Part shown: in pieces, positions 1 to 9,742 of the stretch | Position numbering within the stretch: the first letter of the stretch is position 1 | How the letters are laid out: the number at the start of each line of letters is the position of its first letter | NCBI GenBank assembly: GCA_964624855.1 | Contig: CAZUZW010000005.1 | Span: forward strand, 2,249-66,248 | DNA: 64,000 nt | Direction of reading: 5' to 3' | Source: an uncultured Vicinamibacteraceae bacterium | GTDB lineage: Bacteria > Acidobacteriota > Vicinamibacteria > Vicinamibacterales > UBA8438 | The notes under the pieces: generated by a model | What the model saw: only the letters and a program-made list of their open reading frames with translations | Databases searched by the model: none | What the model was told of the DNA's origin: nothing | Translations under genes and position numbers: made by a program

Positions 1-141
1 CAGCATTACTAAGACACGATTCCGATCATTAATCGGAGCATTGTGTCGAAAGATTGACGTCCACACTTGTGTTTCGGTCAGCCAGGTCCACGCGCGTACT
101 AGCACGCCTTCTTCAGGTTGGATGGTCTTAGAATCGGCCAT
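1..141 (-). CDS. probable cytochrome b subunit of a bc-type complex, N-terminal 47 codons only (gene runs off the window edge)
   Basis: Not in the ORF track because it is truncated. There is a reverse-strand ATG at 141..139, 9 nt after the Rieske stop. My hand translation is MADSKTIQPEEGVLVRAWTWLTETQVWTSIFRHNAPINDRNRVLVML, which resembles the segment preceding helix A in bc-complex cytochrome b proteins. The position right after a Rieske gene fits the usual gene order. The call rests on context and recollection only. Confidence 0.4.
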   Translation of the reverse strand, partial: MADSKTIQPEEGVLVRAWTWLTETQVWTSIFRHNAPINDRNRVLVML

Positions 142-150
142 TATTCTTAC

Positions 151-843
151 TCACACACTCAGAAATGCTTCAGCGTCAATCCATTGGCCGAGTTCCTGTT
201 GAAACTTTCGACTTTTGTCGACCAGGATCTGACCATCTTCCGCCAACACAATACGCGCCCGTTCCAACGGACGCGGTGCTGGCCCTTCAAAGTTAACACC
301 GGTTTCTCGAAAACCACTCCCGTGGCAAGGACATTTAAATTTGGCTTCAGCTGACAGATAATTCGGTGTGCAGCCCAGATGCGTGCACGTCACGAGCAGT
401 GCGTAAAAGCCAGGAGCCTCGTGGGCTACATCAAACGGGGTCCGAACAATCCAAACACCGAATCGATCTTTCCATCGCTCGTCGACACCTTCTCCGTAAT
501 CAGCGGGAAACCCAATCGTGAATTGCTGAGGCGGCTCGTTGAGCACGTTGGGAAACATATAGCGTCCAGTCGCCGCCAGACACCCAGCGGTAGCCGCAGT
601 AAACGAACCCCATGCCAAACCCAACCAGCCCCGCCGCCCCATCAGTGGAGATGTATCGTCCGGCACCTTCGCGGTCTTTCGAGCGACCGGCTTCTTTACG
701 GCCGCCGCGCTCGTTGTCTTTCCGGCCAACGCCGGGTTCATCGGCGGAGGAGGCGCTGGCTTCGGTTTCGGTTTCACCGGAGGCGTTTCTGCCTTAGCCG
801 GCCCGCTTGCGGAATCTGATGGGGGTTTCTGATCTTCAGCCAT
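151..843 (-). CDS. Rieske [2Fe-2S] subunit of a cytochrome bc-type complex
   Basis: Both Rieske cluster boxes are present (CTHLGC ... CPCHGS). A twin-arginine-like MGRRGWLGL is followed by a hydrophobic stretch. The first ~67 aa are Pro/Lys/Ala-rich low complexity, so an alternative start at ATG 642 (MGRRGW...) cannot be excluded. Confidence 0.85.
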   Translation of the reverse strand: MAEDQKPPSDSASGPAKAETPPVKPKPKPAPPPPMNPALAGKTTSAAAVKKPVARKTAKVPDDTSPLMGRRGWLGLAWGSFTAATAGCLAATGRYMFPNVLNEPPQQFTIGFPADYGEGVDERWKDRFGVWIVRTPFDVAHEAPGFYALLVTCTHLGCTPNYLSAEAKFKCPCHGSGFRETGVNFEGPAPRPLERARIVLAEDGQILVDKSRKFQQELGQWIDAEAFLSV

Positions 844-860
844 CTCGCTCGTTCTAACTC

Positions 861-1796
861 CTACCTCTCGTATCTTACGACGTCGCTCGTCTCCGTCACG
901 TCAGAGTCAAGCAGCTCAAGAGTCCGCATCGCCACCTCACGCACATTGAGACTCACATCATTCTCTATCAATGAAGTCACCGTGTCTCGCATTTCGGTCG
1001 ATCGCAACGCTGCAACCGCCTGAAGACCACTAATCATAACTTCCGATACAGGATCCAGTGTCGCGTCGACTCGGGCCACCCTAGTCACCGTCCGCTCCAC
1101 ATAATCACGATCAAGCATTCGCCGCAGCACTGTTATCCCATCACTCCCGCCCTGGCGCGCCAGCGCAACGGCTGCGTTCCATTGCACATCAGGAATCGGG
1201 TCGTCCAAGGCACCACGAAGAACGGATAGGTCCTCCGTCCTGAGTCCACCAAGAGCATACACCGCCATCTTTCGCACACCGGGATCTTCCGAGTCATACA
1301 TGCCTGCGATCACATCCGTCACAGACGGATCACCCAGCGATGCAAGTGCCCAAATCACACTAATCTTGGTATCCGTATCTGGATCATCTAGTCCTTCAAC
1401 AAGAACGTGAGTCGCGTCCGCTGGTGGATTTGAGAGCCGACCGACTGCAAGTGCAAGGTACCTTCGCACCCGAGGATCATCGCCCTCTGAGTTTTCAAAA
1501 GCCCGCACGATTGCCGATCCAAGATTCGGATATTGCGATTCAACATCCGGGTCCGACATCAGCCTGGACAACTCATAGGCCGCCGGCCAACGCCGTTCCC
1601 GTCCTCCAGTCTGAACGTCGCTAAGAAACTCTTCCGGCGTCCGCTCATTGGTCAACAACATCCGGAAACCGCCGTACACCAAGACGACCATTCCTACCAC
1701 CGCAAGAGGAATTAAAAAAAATTGGACAGCTAAAGCCGGGGTGGCCGAAAGCGATGTGGCACCGGGCGCGGGTTCGCGCTCGACGAGCTTTGACAT
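861..1796 (-). CDS. membrane-anchored HEAT-repeat protein
   Basis: An N-terminal hydrophobic helix (ALAVQFFLIPLAVVGMVVLVYGGF) is followed by repeated HEAT/PBS-lyase-like units (DDPRVRRYLALAVGRL, EDPGVRKMAVYALGGL, DDPIPDVQWNAAVALARQG). The stop lies 17 nt upstream of the Rieske start. Confidence 0.7.
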   Translation of the reverse strand: MSKLVEREPAPGATSLSATPALAVQFFLIPLAVVGMVVLVYGGFRMLLTNERTPEEFLSDVQTGGRERRWPAAYELSRLMSDPDVESQYPNLGSAIVRAFENSEGDDPRVRRYLALAVGRLSNPPADATHVLVEGLDDPDTDTKISVIWALASLGDPSVTDVIAGMYDSEDPGVRKMAVYALGGLRTEDLSVLRGALDDPIPDVQWNAAVALARQGGSDGITVLRRMLDRDYVERTVTRVARVDATLDPVSEVMISGLQAVAALRSTEMRDTVTSLIENDVSLNVREVAMRTLELLDSDVTETSDVVRYER

Positions 1797-1980
1797 GGTT
1801 ACGTATTAAACCTAGCGTTCTACCGTCTATTTAAAGAAGCGGTAAGTTAAATCGTCTAACATCAAAACAAGCGGTGAATTGCACGACGGCAAAACCGACG
1901 AAGACTACTACGATCAGTCGATCTCGGTCAAGAAACCACAGCTTGCGATCATCTACTGATTGGCCTTCGTCACCTCATAA

Positions 1981-2535
1981 TTATATCTTTGGTAACGTTA
2001 CCAGCTTCTGCGCTTGGTACTTGCCCTTCTTATCGGCGTACGATGTCAAGCACGGTTCGTCGCTCTGAAAGAAAAGAACCTGGGCTATTCCCTCGTTCGC
2101 GTAGATTTTCGCCGGGAGCGGAGTAGTATTCGAAATCTCCAACGTAGCGGTACCTTCCCACTCTGGCTCGAACGGCGTCACGTTAACAATTATTCCACAT
2201 CGTGCGTAGGTCGACTTACCCAAACAAACGGTCAGCACATCACGAGGAATGCGGAAATACTCAACCGTCCTCGCTAACGCAAAGGAATTGGGCGGCACGA
2301 TACAGACAGGGGCTTTTAAATCCACGAACGAGCGAGGATCAAAAGATTTTGGGTCGATCAACGTGGTGTTAATATTTGTAAACACCTTGAATTCATCAGC
2401 CACACGGATGTCATACCCATAAGACGACACTCCGTATGACACCACTCCCTCGCGTACCTGTCCCTCAACAAACGGCTCTATCATTCCGTGCTCGGACGCC
2501 ATTCTTTTGATCCATGCGTCAGATTTAATGCTCAT
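1981..2535 (-). CDS. dcd: dCTP deaminase
   Basis: 184 aa. The N-terminus [13 protein letters not shown]...[14 protein letters not shown] and the C-terminal [29 protein letters not shown] are typical of Dcd. Confidence 0.93.
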   Translation of the reverse strand: MSIKSDAWIKRMASEHGMIEPFVEGQVREGVVSYGVSSYGYDIRVADEFKVFTNINTTLIDPKSFDPRSFVDLKAPVCIVPPNSFALARTVEYFRIPRDVLTVCLGKSTYARCGIIVNVTPFEPEWEGTATLEISNTTPLPAKIYANEGIAQVLFFQSDEPCLTSYADKKGKYQAQKLVTLPKI

Positions 2536-2577
2536 TTAATCTCGAGACCCTAGGTTAAGTTGACTGAACTAACTCTC

Positions 2578-2775
2578 TTAGCGGCGCATCAAACTGACCA
2601 CCACCGTCAGCATCACACTCAAGATGATGGAGGTTACTATTGGAACATAAACCGTCACACCCCCGCGACGATACACAAGGTCTCCCGGCAGCCTACCGAG
2701 AGGAACTCCTAGCCAGACCAGTGCGCCAACTCCGGAAATTAGTAACCCAATCACCACCAGGGCTCTTCCAACCAT
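2578..2775 (-). CDS. DUF2905-family small membrane protein
   Basis: 65 aa with two hydrophobic helices flanking the GRLPGDLVYRRGGVTVYVPI motif characteristic of DUF2905. Confidence 0.7.
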   Translation of the reverse strand: MVGRALVVIGLLISGVGALVWLGVPLGRLPGDLVYRRGGVTVYVPIVTSIILSVMLTVVVSLMRR

Positions 2776-2810
2776 GTTTTCAGCACTCCCGGTTGGCCTA
2801 CCGTTCCAAT

Positions 2811-3251
2811 CTAAATAAAGTCAGAACCGGCAAAAAAATAGCCGATCTCAAAAGCCGCAGTTTCCGGCGCATCTGATCCATGCGTCGCGTTCCGGTCTAT
2901 CGATGAACCATAAAGTCGACGTAACGTCTCAGGTTCTGCTTCACTAGGGTTCGTTGCCCCCATCAACAACCGCCAACGAGAAATGGCAGCCTCACCCTGC
3001 AGGGCAAGAACGACGGCAGGCCCGGACGACATAAAATCCGTTAAGGCGGAGAAAAATGGACGCGCCCGATGCACTGCGTAAAAACCCTCCGCTTCACGTT
3101 TCGTCAAGCGAACCAAGCGCATTCCAGCAATCGTGAATCGTTCGTCCTCAATGCGCTTAACGATCACGCCGATTAGACCACGCTCAACCGCGTCAGGTTT
3201 TATAATCGCTAACGTACACTCCAGTTGATCCGCTGGTAATTCTGCTTCCAT
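2811..3251 (-). CDS. ndk: nucleoside-diphosphate kinase
   Basis: TLAIIKPDAV near the N-terminus and the active-site His motif NATHGSDAPETA. Confidence 0.95.
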   Translation of the reverse strand: MEAELPADQLECTLAIIKPDAVERGLIGVIVKRIEDERFTIAGMRLVRLTKREAEGFYAVHRARPFFSALTDFMSSGPAVVLALQGEAAISRWRLLMGATNPSEAEPETLRRLYGSSIDRNATHGSDAPETAAFEIGYFFAGSDFI

Positions 3252-3280
3252 AGATGTAAGGCTTCAACTTTGACAACTAG

Positions 3281-4333
3281 TTACTTGAGCGCGGCCATGA
3301 TCTTATCCAGCACTGCCTTTGGCGGACGGACTGTATCCGGCCCAAGCTTGGCAAGAGGCTCGTCTATCAAATTTAACTGAGTCAAAAAATCATCTCGGTC
3401 CGGCTCCAGATAAATAAGTCCTGTTGCGTATTCGCCACGCAGACGTGTTTCACTAAGAACCCGCATCGCCTGCAGCTTATCCAAGGGGTTATAGTCTTCC
3501 TCCAACTTCTTCAGAAACAACTTCGAACCGTCATGCATCTCAACCTCTCGGGTTGTGCCTGGTTCGTACTCAACTTCGATATCGTCAAAGAAAGGAACAA
3601 AACTGATCTCTTCAAGTGGATCGTCATGGTCCTTTGCATACGCGTAGCTCTTGGTCGAACCTTCGTGATCGTTAAATGTCACACATGGCGAAAGCACATC
3701 TAACATCACTGTTCCATGATGACTGAGAGCAGCTTTGAGAATCGCGGACAGCTGTTTCTTGTCACCGGAGAACGACCGCGCAACAAATGTCGCTCCGAGT
3801 TCAATGGCCAATGCGCAAGTGTCTATAGGCGGAAGGTCGTTAATTACACCTGTCTTAAGTGCGGAGCCTTGATCAGCTGTAGGCGAAAACTGTCCCTTGG
3901 TGAGACCGTAACACCCGTTGTCTTCGATAATGTAGATAATTGGAAGATTCCGTCGCATCAGGTGCACGAACTGACCAATTCCAATTGCACCGGTGTCTCC
4001 GTCACCGCTCACGCCTATTGCGATTAGTTCCCTGTTTGCAAGCATGGCACCTGTGCCCACCGACGGCATACGTCCATGCACCGCATTAAATCCGTGAGAG
4101 GACCCAAGAAAATATGCAGGACTCTTGCTTGAGCACCCAATTCCGGAAAGTTTTATAACCCGCTCAGGATTGACCCCCATTTCATAGCAGGCGCCAATAA
4201 TTCTTTCCGAAATCGCATTATGCCCACACCCTGCGCAGAGCGTTGTCTTGGTGCCTCTATACTCCTTCGACGCAAGACCGATGCGATTGACTGGCGCCTT
4301 AGTGGGGGATGCCTTACCGGTATTCAGACTCAT
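3281..4333 (-). CDS. korB: 2-oxoglutarate:ferredoxin oxidoreductase, beta (TPP-binding) subunit
   Basis: TPP-binding GVSGDGDTGAIGIGQF and N-terminal CAGCGHNAI. It pairs with the large alpha subunit upstream and sits next to sucCD. Substrate assignment to 2-oxoglutarate is by context. Confidence 0.85.
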   Translation of the reverse strand: MSLNTGKASPTKAPVNRIGLASKEYRGTKTTLCAGCGHNAISERIIGACYEMGVNPERVIKLSGIGCSSKSPAYFLGSSHGFNAVHGRMPSVGTGAMLANRELIAIGVSGDGDTGAIGIGQFVHLMRRNLPIIYIIEDNGCYGLTKGQFSPTADQGSALKTGVINDLPPIDTCALAIELGATFVARSFSGDKKQLSAILKAALSHHGTVMLDVLSPCVTFNDHEGSTKSYAYAKDHDDPLEEISFVPFFDDIEVEYEPGTTREVEMHDGSKLFLKKLEEDYNPLDKLQAMRVLSETRLRGEYATGLIYLEPDRDDFLTQLNLIDEPLAKLGPDTVRPPKAVLDKIMAALK

Positions 4334-4372
4334 TTGCTTGTCGCCTCAACTTAATGTGCCAAAACACAGGCA

Positions 4373-6271
4373 CTATTCGCTGCCAACTCCAGACTGCCGA
4401 GGACCTGGAGTATTTCCAACTCCGGCTTTCTTAACCCGATAACCCTCTTGAAGCAAAATTTCATCCGTAACCGAACGAGCGTCGATCGGGTCTCCTGCAT
4501 AATGCAACACACTAAACAGTCGCGGTCCCAACTCCGTAGGAAGGTCAAGCTTGATAAGAGTCATCATTTGCGCGTCTCGGTTCTGCTCAACCACGTAAAC
4601 ACGTTCATGCCTTTGCACAAACGACGCAAGTGCGCTCCTAAATGGATACCCACAGAGTCTGTAATATGACGTTTGCAAGTCGTTCTCAGACAACATTTGA
4701 TCTCGGGACTCCACGATAGCCCAATGGGTAGTACCAAAGGCGATGATTCCGACATTCGCTCGTCGATTTATCTCTACGACCGGTTCAGGCATCCAGTCGC
4801 GAGCGGTTTCAAACTTTCGAGCTAGCCGGTCCACGTTCTTTTGATAGTCCTCTGGGCGCTCGCTGTACTGAGCCCACTCGTTATGTCCAGAACCTCGCGT
4901 AAAGAACGCCGGCATATCATCACCAGGAATTGTTCGATACGGAATCCCGTCGCCATCGACATCTCGATATCGACCAAATTTTCCAATTCGATCCAGCGTC
5001 TCTTGATCGATTACCTTGCCACGATCTAACGGCTCATTGGGATATTCGAATTCTCGTGACATCCAAGTATTCATACCCAAATCAAGATCGCTCATTACAA
5101 ACACAGGTGTCTGAAAACGTTCAGACAAATTAAAGGCGTCCATAGCCATCGAATAGCATTCTTCCACCGAAGCGGGAAAAAGCATCAGATGCCGGGTATC
5201 GCCGTGCGAAAGAAAAGCAGTACTTAAAATGTCACCCTGAGCCGTTCGCGTAGGAAGACCGGTTGACGGCCCCACCCTTTGTACGTCGAAGATCACCGCC
5301 GGAACTTCCGCGTAATAGCCTAGCCCTGCAAACTCACCCATCAGCGACACGCCAGGACCAGATGTCGATGTCATTGCTCTCGCACCGGCCCACCCGGCAC
5401 CAAGCGTCATCCCCAACGCCGAAATTTCGTCCTCGGCCTGCACAACGGCAAACGTAGCCTTTCCCGTGTCCGGATCAATCCGATGTTCCTTTAAGAGACC
5501 GATTAAGGACTCACAAAGTGATGACGATGGCGTGATCGGATACCACGCTACGACCGTCACTCCCGCCATCATCGACCCAATTGCTGCAGCGGCATTGCCT
5601 TCAATGAGTATCAAGCCCTCCGTCGTCGTGGTCCTTTTAACAATAAGGGGATCGCGTTTCTCAAGCTCGTCGGTAGCGTATTGATACCCCGCGTCAAGAG
5701 CACCTTTGTTGAGAGCGACAGCCTTCGGCTTCCGCCCAAGCTGTCGATTCAGCGCCGCCTCCATTTCAGACATATCGATATCGAGGAGACGCGCTAACAC
5801 TCCGTCATAAATCATGTTCTTTACGAGTCTCCGAAGCTTCGCATCCCGGCAGATATCTTTCACAAGTTTGTCGAAAGGAACCGGATAGAAGATCAGGTCG
5901 CTCCGCAAGGTGTCCAACTGAAGCGGCTCGTCATAAAGAACCGCGGCGCCCGGTTGCAAAGCTAAAACATCCTCGCGCGCTGTTTCGACGTTCATCGCAA
6001 CAAGAAAATCAACTCGTTTTTTTGCTGCAATATAGCCATCGGCGTTAGCTCGAATAGTAAACCACGTAGGAAGACCAGCTATGTTCGATGGAAATAGATT
6101 CTTGCCAGATACAGGCACCCCCATCTGGAAGATAGAGCGTAGGAGCACTAGGTTCGCTGTTTGACTACCTGAACCGTTGACAGTTGCCACTCTGATACTG
6201 AAATCGTTAATTAGGCGCTTGGACTCGCCTTTATCCGACGATTTCTCAGTGGGTAAAGCAGAAATAGCCAT
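4373..6271 (-). CDS. korA: 2-oxoglutarate:ferredoxin oxidoreductase, alpha subunit (fused gamma+alpha domains)
   Basis: 632 aa. An N-terminal gamma-like domain (VNGSGSQTANLVLL) is followed by an alpha domain with AWYPITPSSSL. The two-subunit KorAB architecture has no ferredoxin-like delta domain. Confidence 0.85.
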   Translation of the reverse strand: MAISALPTEKSSDKGESKRLINDFSIRVATVNGSGSQTANLVLLRSIFQMGVPVSGKNLFPSNIAGLPTWFTIRANADGYIAAKKRVDFLVAMNVETAREDVLALQPGAAVLYDEPLQLDTLRSDLIFYPVPFDKLVKDICRDAKLRRLVKNMIYDGVLARLLDIDMSEMEAALNRQLGRKPKAVALNKGALDAGYQYATDELEKRDPLIVKRTTTTEGLILIEGNAAAAIGSMMAGVTVVAWYPITPSSSLCESLIGLLKEHRIDPDTGKATFAVVQAEDEISALGMTLGAGWAGARAMTSTSGPGVSLMGEFAGLGYYAEVPAVIFDVQRVGPSTGLPTRTAQGDILSTAFLSHGDTRHLMLFPASVEECYSMAMDAFNLSERFQTPVFVMSDLDLGMNTWMSREFEYPNEPLDRGKVIDQETLDRIGKFGRYRDVDGDGIPYRTIPGDDMPAFFTRGSGHNEWAQYSERPEDYQKNVDRLARKFETARDWMPEPVVEINRRANVGIIAFGTTHWAIVESRDQMLSENDLQTSYYRLCGYPFRSALASFVQRHERVYVVEQNRDAQMMTLIKLDLPTELGPRLFSVLHYAGDPIDARSVTDEILLQEGYRVKKAGVGNTPGPRQSGVGSE

Positions 6272-6352
6272 TTTCGTCCTCGCTCAAACAAGACCACCAA
6301 AATGTCACAAGCCCAGTAAAAGATGGTAACACGTCAGTTGAAACAGTCAGCA

Positions 6353-7249
6353 CTAGTTCTTCAGCCTATCAGCAATCGCCGAACCGATATCCGCCGGACT
6401 CTTCACGACTGTCACCCCAGCTAACTCAAGAGCCTTCATTTTTTCAATTGCTGTTCCCTGTCCCCCTGAGATTATGGCACCCGCATGTCCCATGCGGCGC
6501 CCTGGAGGCGCAGTTTGGCCGGCAATAAATCCAACTACCGGTTTTGAAAACACATCACTAGCAATATGTCTCGCAGCAGCCTCTTCCGCACTTCCACCAA
6601 TCTCGCCAATCAGAACAACGGCCTCGGTCTCTTGGTCAGCCTCAAACAAATCGAGGGCTGCAACAAAACTCGTTCCAATCATAGGGTCGCCACCGATGCC
6701 GATACACGTCGTCTGACCCAAGCCAAGTAAAGTCAACTGATGTATCGCTTCGTAAGTCAACGTCCCACTTTTTGACACAATACCAACACGTCCTTGACTG
6801 CAGATATGCCCTGGAATAATTCCAGCCTTTGCCTTACCCGGCGAAATAACTCCGGGACAATTCGGACCAATCAACCGGGGCCCCTGACGGGAACTATTCA
6901 CAAATCCATCTTCCACGACTCGCATAACTGGGAGCATATCGATGACCGGAATACCTTCGGTAATGCAGACAACGACCGCCATTGACGCGTCGAACGCCTC
7001 CAAAATTGCGTCGGCTGCCACCGCCGGAGGAACGAAAATTACAGAGGTATTCGCGCCGGTTTCTTCCGCCGCTTCCCTCACCGTATTAAAAATTGGCCAC
7101 CCCTCGTGCGTCGTGCCTCCTTTTCCAGGAGTCACGCCTCCCACAACAGTTGTTCCAAACTCAGCCGCCTGTTTGGCATGAAACGTACCCTCTCGACCGG
7201 TTAACCCCTGGACCAGCAAACGGGTGTCTTGATCAATTAATACTGACAA
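6353..7249 (-). CDS. sucD: succinyl-CoA synthetase alpha subunit
   Basis: [22 protein letters not shown]-terminus and the phosphohistidine loop [12 protein letters not shown]. Confidence 0.96.
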   Translation of the reverse strand: MSVLIDQDTRLLVQGLTGREGTFHAKQAAEFGTTVVGGVTPGKGGTTHEGWPIFNTVREAAEETGANTSVIFVPPAVAADAILEAFDASMAVVVCITEGIPVIDMLPVMRVVEDGFVNSSRQGPRLIGPNCPGVISPGKAKAGIIPGHICSQGRVGIVSKSGTLTYEAIHQLTLLGLGQTTCIGIGGDPMIGTSFVAALDLFEADQETEAVVLIGEIGGSAEEAAARHIASDVFSKPVVGFIAGQTAPPGRRMGHAGAIISGGQGTAIEKMKALELAGVTVVKSPADIGSAIADRLKN

Positions 7250-7336
7250 CTCGCCCCCCGCATACTTGCAACCATCATGAACCCCCCGTGCTCACAGCGT
7301 CCGTCACAAACACCATTAACCTTTAAAGTCTGCGTT

Positions 7337-8521
7337 CTAACTCTCATTCGATTTGGCAAGCTTTACCACTGTCTCCGCGGCTTCACCCATTGTGTCTGCC
7401 GTCGCAAAGTTCAACCCACTCTCTTGCAACATGCGCTTCCCGACATCAACGTTCGTTCCTTCCATGCGTATGACAATTGGAACGCTGACATCAAGTTCCG
7501 TGACCGCCGCGATCACACCTTCCGCCAACACGTCACACCGCAGAATGCCACCGAAAATATTAATTAGTACGGCCTTAACATTTTCATCAGCCATCAGAAT
7601 ACGAAAGGCATTCCGAATCTGTTCGGCATTGGCGCCGCCACCGACGTCTAGAAAGTTCGCCGGTTCTCCTCCTGCCAACTTGATGATGTCCATAGTGGCC
7701 ATCGCCAAGCCCGCACCGTTGACCATACATCCAACGTTTCCATCCAAGCGAATGTAGTTCAGGGAGAATTTAGAGGCCTCAATCTCCAACTCCTCCTCTT
7801 CTCCCAAATCTCGGTAACCAACCAACTCCGGATGCCTAAAAAGAGCACTATCATCCAAGCTGACCTTGGCATCGAGAGCAAGCACTTGTCCCGAGCTCGT
7901 AACAACCAGCGGATTAATCTCAATAAGCGATGCATCTGTTTGCCGAAACATTTGATAACAGGCTTTCATGACGGTTACTGCCTCATTAGCAGCAGCCCCC
8001 GCTAAGCCGAGCCCAAAGGCCAATCGACGCGCCTGAAAACCGAATAGGGTCTCTTGGTTCTTGAACCGATACCCCCCAATCGTCTCGCGAAGAATCAGCT
8101 CTGGAGTTTCGGCTGCAACCTGCTCGATATCCATACCGCCTTCGGAACTCGCCATTAGGACCGGCAGAGCCCGATCGCGATCGATTAGTAAGCTCAGATA
8201 TAACTCGCGGGAAATCTCAAGCTGTTCCTCTACTAAGACACATGACACTCGGCGCCCCTCGGAACCGGTTTGTGGTGTAACCAGGGTACTCCCAATCAAT
8301 GCGGTCGCTGCCTGCTCAGCAGCAGCCGCCTCATTAACGACTTTGATCCCACCACCCTTACCTCTCCCACCGGCGTGGATCTGAGCTTTAACCACAACCC
8401 GTCCACCCAGACGTTCGGCGATAACGCCGGCCTCAGCGCCCGTCCTTGCTACTTCGCCCTTGGGAACAGGAACACCGAAATCGGCAAACAGCCTCTTCGC
8501 TTGGTATTCATGAATTTTCAC
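7337..8521 (-). CDS. sucC: succinyl-CoA synthetase beta subunit
   Basis: MKIHEYQAKRLF N-terminus, an ATP-grasp region and C-terminal NIFGGILRCD. Confidence 0.96.
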   Translation of the reverse strand: MKIHEYQAKRLFADFGVPVPKGEVARTGAEAGVIAERLGGRVVVKAQIHAGGRGKGGGIKVVNEAAAAEQAATALIGSTLVTPQTGSEGRRVSCVLVEEQLEISRELYLSLLIDRDRALPVLMASSEGGMDIEQVAAETPELILRETIGGYRFKNQETLFGFQARRLAFGLGLAGAAANEAVTVMKACYQMFRQTDASLIEINPLVVTSSGQVLALDAKVSLDDSALFRHPELVGYRDLGEEEELEIEASKFSLNYIRLDGNVGCMVNGAGLAMATMDIIKLAGGEPANFLDVGGGANAEQIRNAFRILMADENVKAVLINIFGGILRCDVLAEGVIAAVTELDVSVPIVIRMEGTNVDVGKRMLQESGLNFATADTMGEAAETVVKLAKSNES

Positions 8522-8551
8522 AGCTTCCTTCAGTTCTTTACGTAGATTGAG

Positions 8552-9478
8552 TTAAACATCAATAATTTGGACAAGTTCGCGAACCGCCTCTGCTGACTTC
8601 TGCAGCGCAGCATCCTCTTCTGCGCTCAGAGTGATTTCAACAATTTCTTCCAGTCCAGCAGCTCCTAATTTCACCGGTACACCGACAAAAAGGTTCGAAA
8701 TTCCATATTCACCTTGTAGAAACGCTGCGCACGGAAGAATCTTTTTCTTGTCCTTTAGGATTGCCTCCACCATCTCCACGACCGCTGAACCCGGCGCATA
8801 GTAAGCACTACCACTGCCAAGCAGTTTGACAATCTCCGCGCCACCAGCCGCAGTGCGAGCCACAATTGCCTCTACCACCTCAGCACTCATGAGCTCGGTA
8901 ATGGGAATCCCAGCAACTGTCGAATACCGAGGCAGGGGCACCATAGTGTCTCCATGGCCACCAAGAACGAAAGCATGGGTGTTCTCAACCGATACGTTGA
9001 GTTCTTGAGCGATGAACGTTCTCATCCGCGCCGAATCTAAAACCCCAGCCATACCAATTACACGTTCACGAGGAAATCCACTACTTCGGTACGCTACCTG
9101 ACACATCGCATCAAGCGGATTCGTTACAGGGACGATAATGCAGTCTGGCGAATACTTAACCACTTGTTCGGTGACACTCTTGATGATTGCGTAATTCTTA
9201 TGAAGGAGATCATCTCGACTCATCCCCGGCTTTCGTGCCAAGCCAGCCGTTACAACAACGATGTCTGAGCCTGCCGTATCCGCATAGTCATTTGTTCCCA
9301 ACACCCGTGAGTCTGAGCCCTCGACCGGACAAGCCTCAAGCATGTCTAAAGCTTTTCCTTGAGGAACCCCATCCAAGATGTCCAAAATAACAACGTCAGC
9401 CAGCTCCTTGTCAGCGATACCGCGAGCCGCCGTCGCTCCTACGTTGCCAGAGCCGATTACAGATACTTTTCGATTCAT
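8552..9478 (-). CDS. mdh: malate dehydrogenase (LDH-like family)
   Basis: VIGSGNVG Rossmann motif, [14 protein letters not shown] (the Arg is typical of MDH specificity) and [10 protein letters not shown] strong AAGGAG Shine-Dalgarno lies upstream. Confidence 0.94.
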   Translation of the reverse strand: MNRKVSVIGSGNVGATAARGIADKELADVVILDILDGVPQGKALDMLEACPVEGSDSRVLGTNDYADTAGSDIVVVTAGLARKPGMSRDDLLHKNYAIIKSVTEQVVKYSPDCIIVPVTNPLDAMCQVAYRSSGFPRERVIGMAGVLDSARMRTFIAQELNVSVENTHAFVLGGHGDTMVPLPRYSTVAGIPITELMSAEVVEAIVARTAAGGAEIVKLLGSGSAYYAPGSAVVEMVEAILKDKKKILPCAAFLQGEYGISNLFVGVPVKLGAAGLEEIVEITLSAEEDAALQKSAEAVRELVQIIDV

Positions 9479-9653
9479 ATTTCACTCACTCCTTAGTGGC
9501 CCAACGTACAACGTCACACCTAAACACTCAGACAGTTAAACTTCTCTTTGGACAAACTTTTAGGCCGAACTCGAATCCAGAATCTTCCTTCGTTAACTGA
9601 ATTAGTTTTTTAGGGCACGTCCCCGCGAAGCAAAGTAAGAACCTCAACAGAAA

Positions 9654-9675
9654 TTGTGGAAAACCTTGTGGAAAA
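9654..9675. repeat. tandem direct repeat TTGTGGAAAA (x2, 12-nt period) in the mdh/serA intergenic region; function unknown
   Basis: Read directly: TTGTGGAAAA at 9654..9663 and again at 9666..9675, separated by CC. Confidence 0.9.
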
Positions 9676-9727
9676 ATGTCTAATCACGGGAACTCAAGCC
9701 AACTCAAATGGGCGATTCTAGCGATTT

Positions 9728-9742
9728 GCACCATCGTGGTGC
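9728..9742. repeat. perfect 6-3-6 palindrome GCACCA-TCG-TGGTGC (possible operator or small hairpin)
   Basis: Read directly in the mdh/serA intergenic region. A second small hairpin, TCGCC-TTAAGA-GGCGA, follows at about 9766..9781. Confidence 0.85.

Noticed and set aside
379-819. 146-aa plus-strand ORF (and 118..354, 612..797) opposite the Rieske gene
   Set aside because: These are shadow ORFs antisense to a gene with unmistakable Rieske motifs. Their translations are Arg/Pro/Ser-rich low complexity with no recognisable domain.
4351-4548. 65-aa minus-strand ORF and 4248..4442 plus-strand ORF around the korA/korB junction
   Set aside because: Both overlap the 3' end of korA or the 5' end of korB in other frames, and neither has a motif. 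They are by-products of the ORF caller.
9612-9626. Sigma54-like GGCACG...GC element (AGGGCACGTCCCCGCG) upstream of serA
   Set aside because: When GGCAC is aligned to the -24 box, the -12 position reads CG rather than GC. The GG-to-GC spacing is off by one and the TTGC box is missing.
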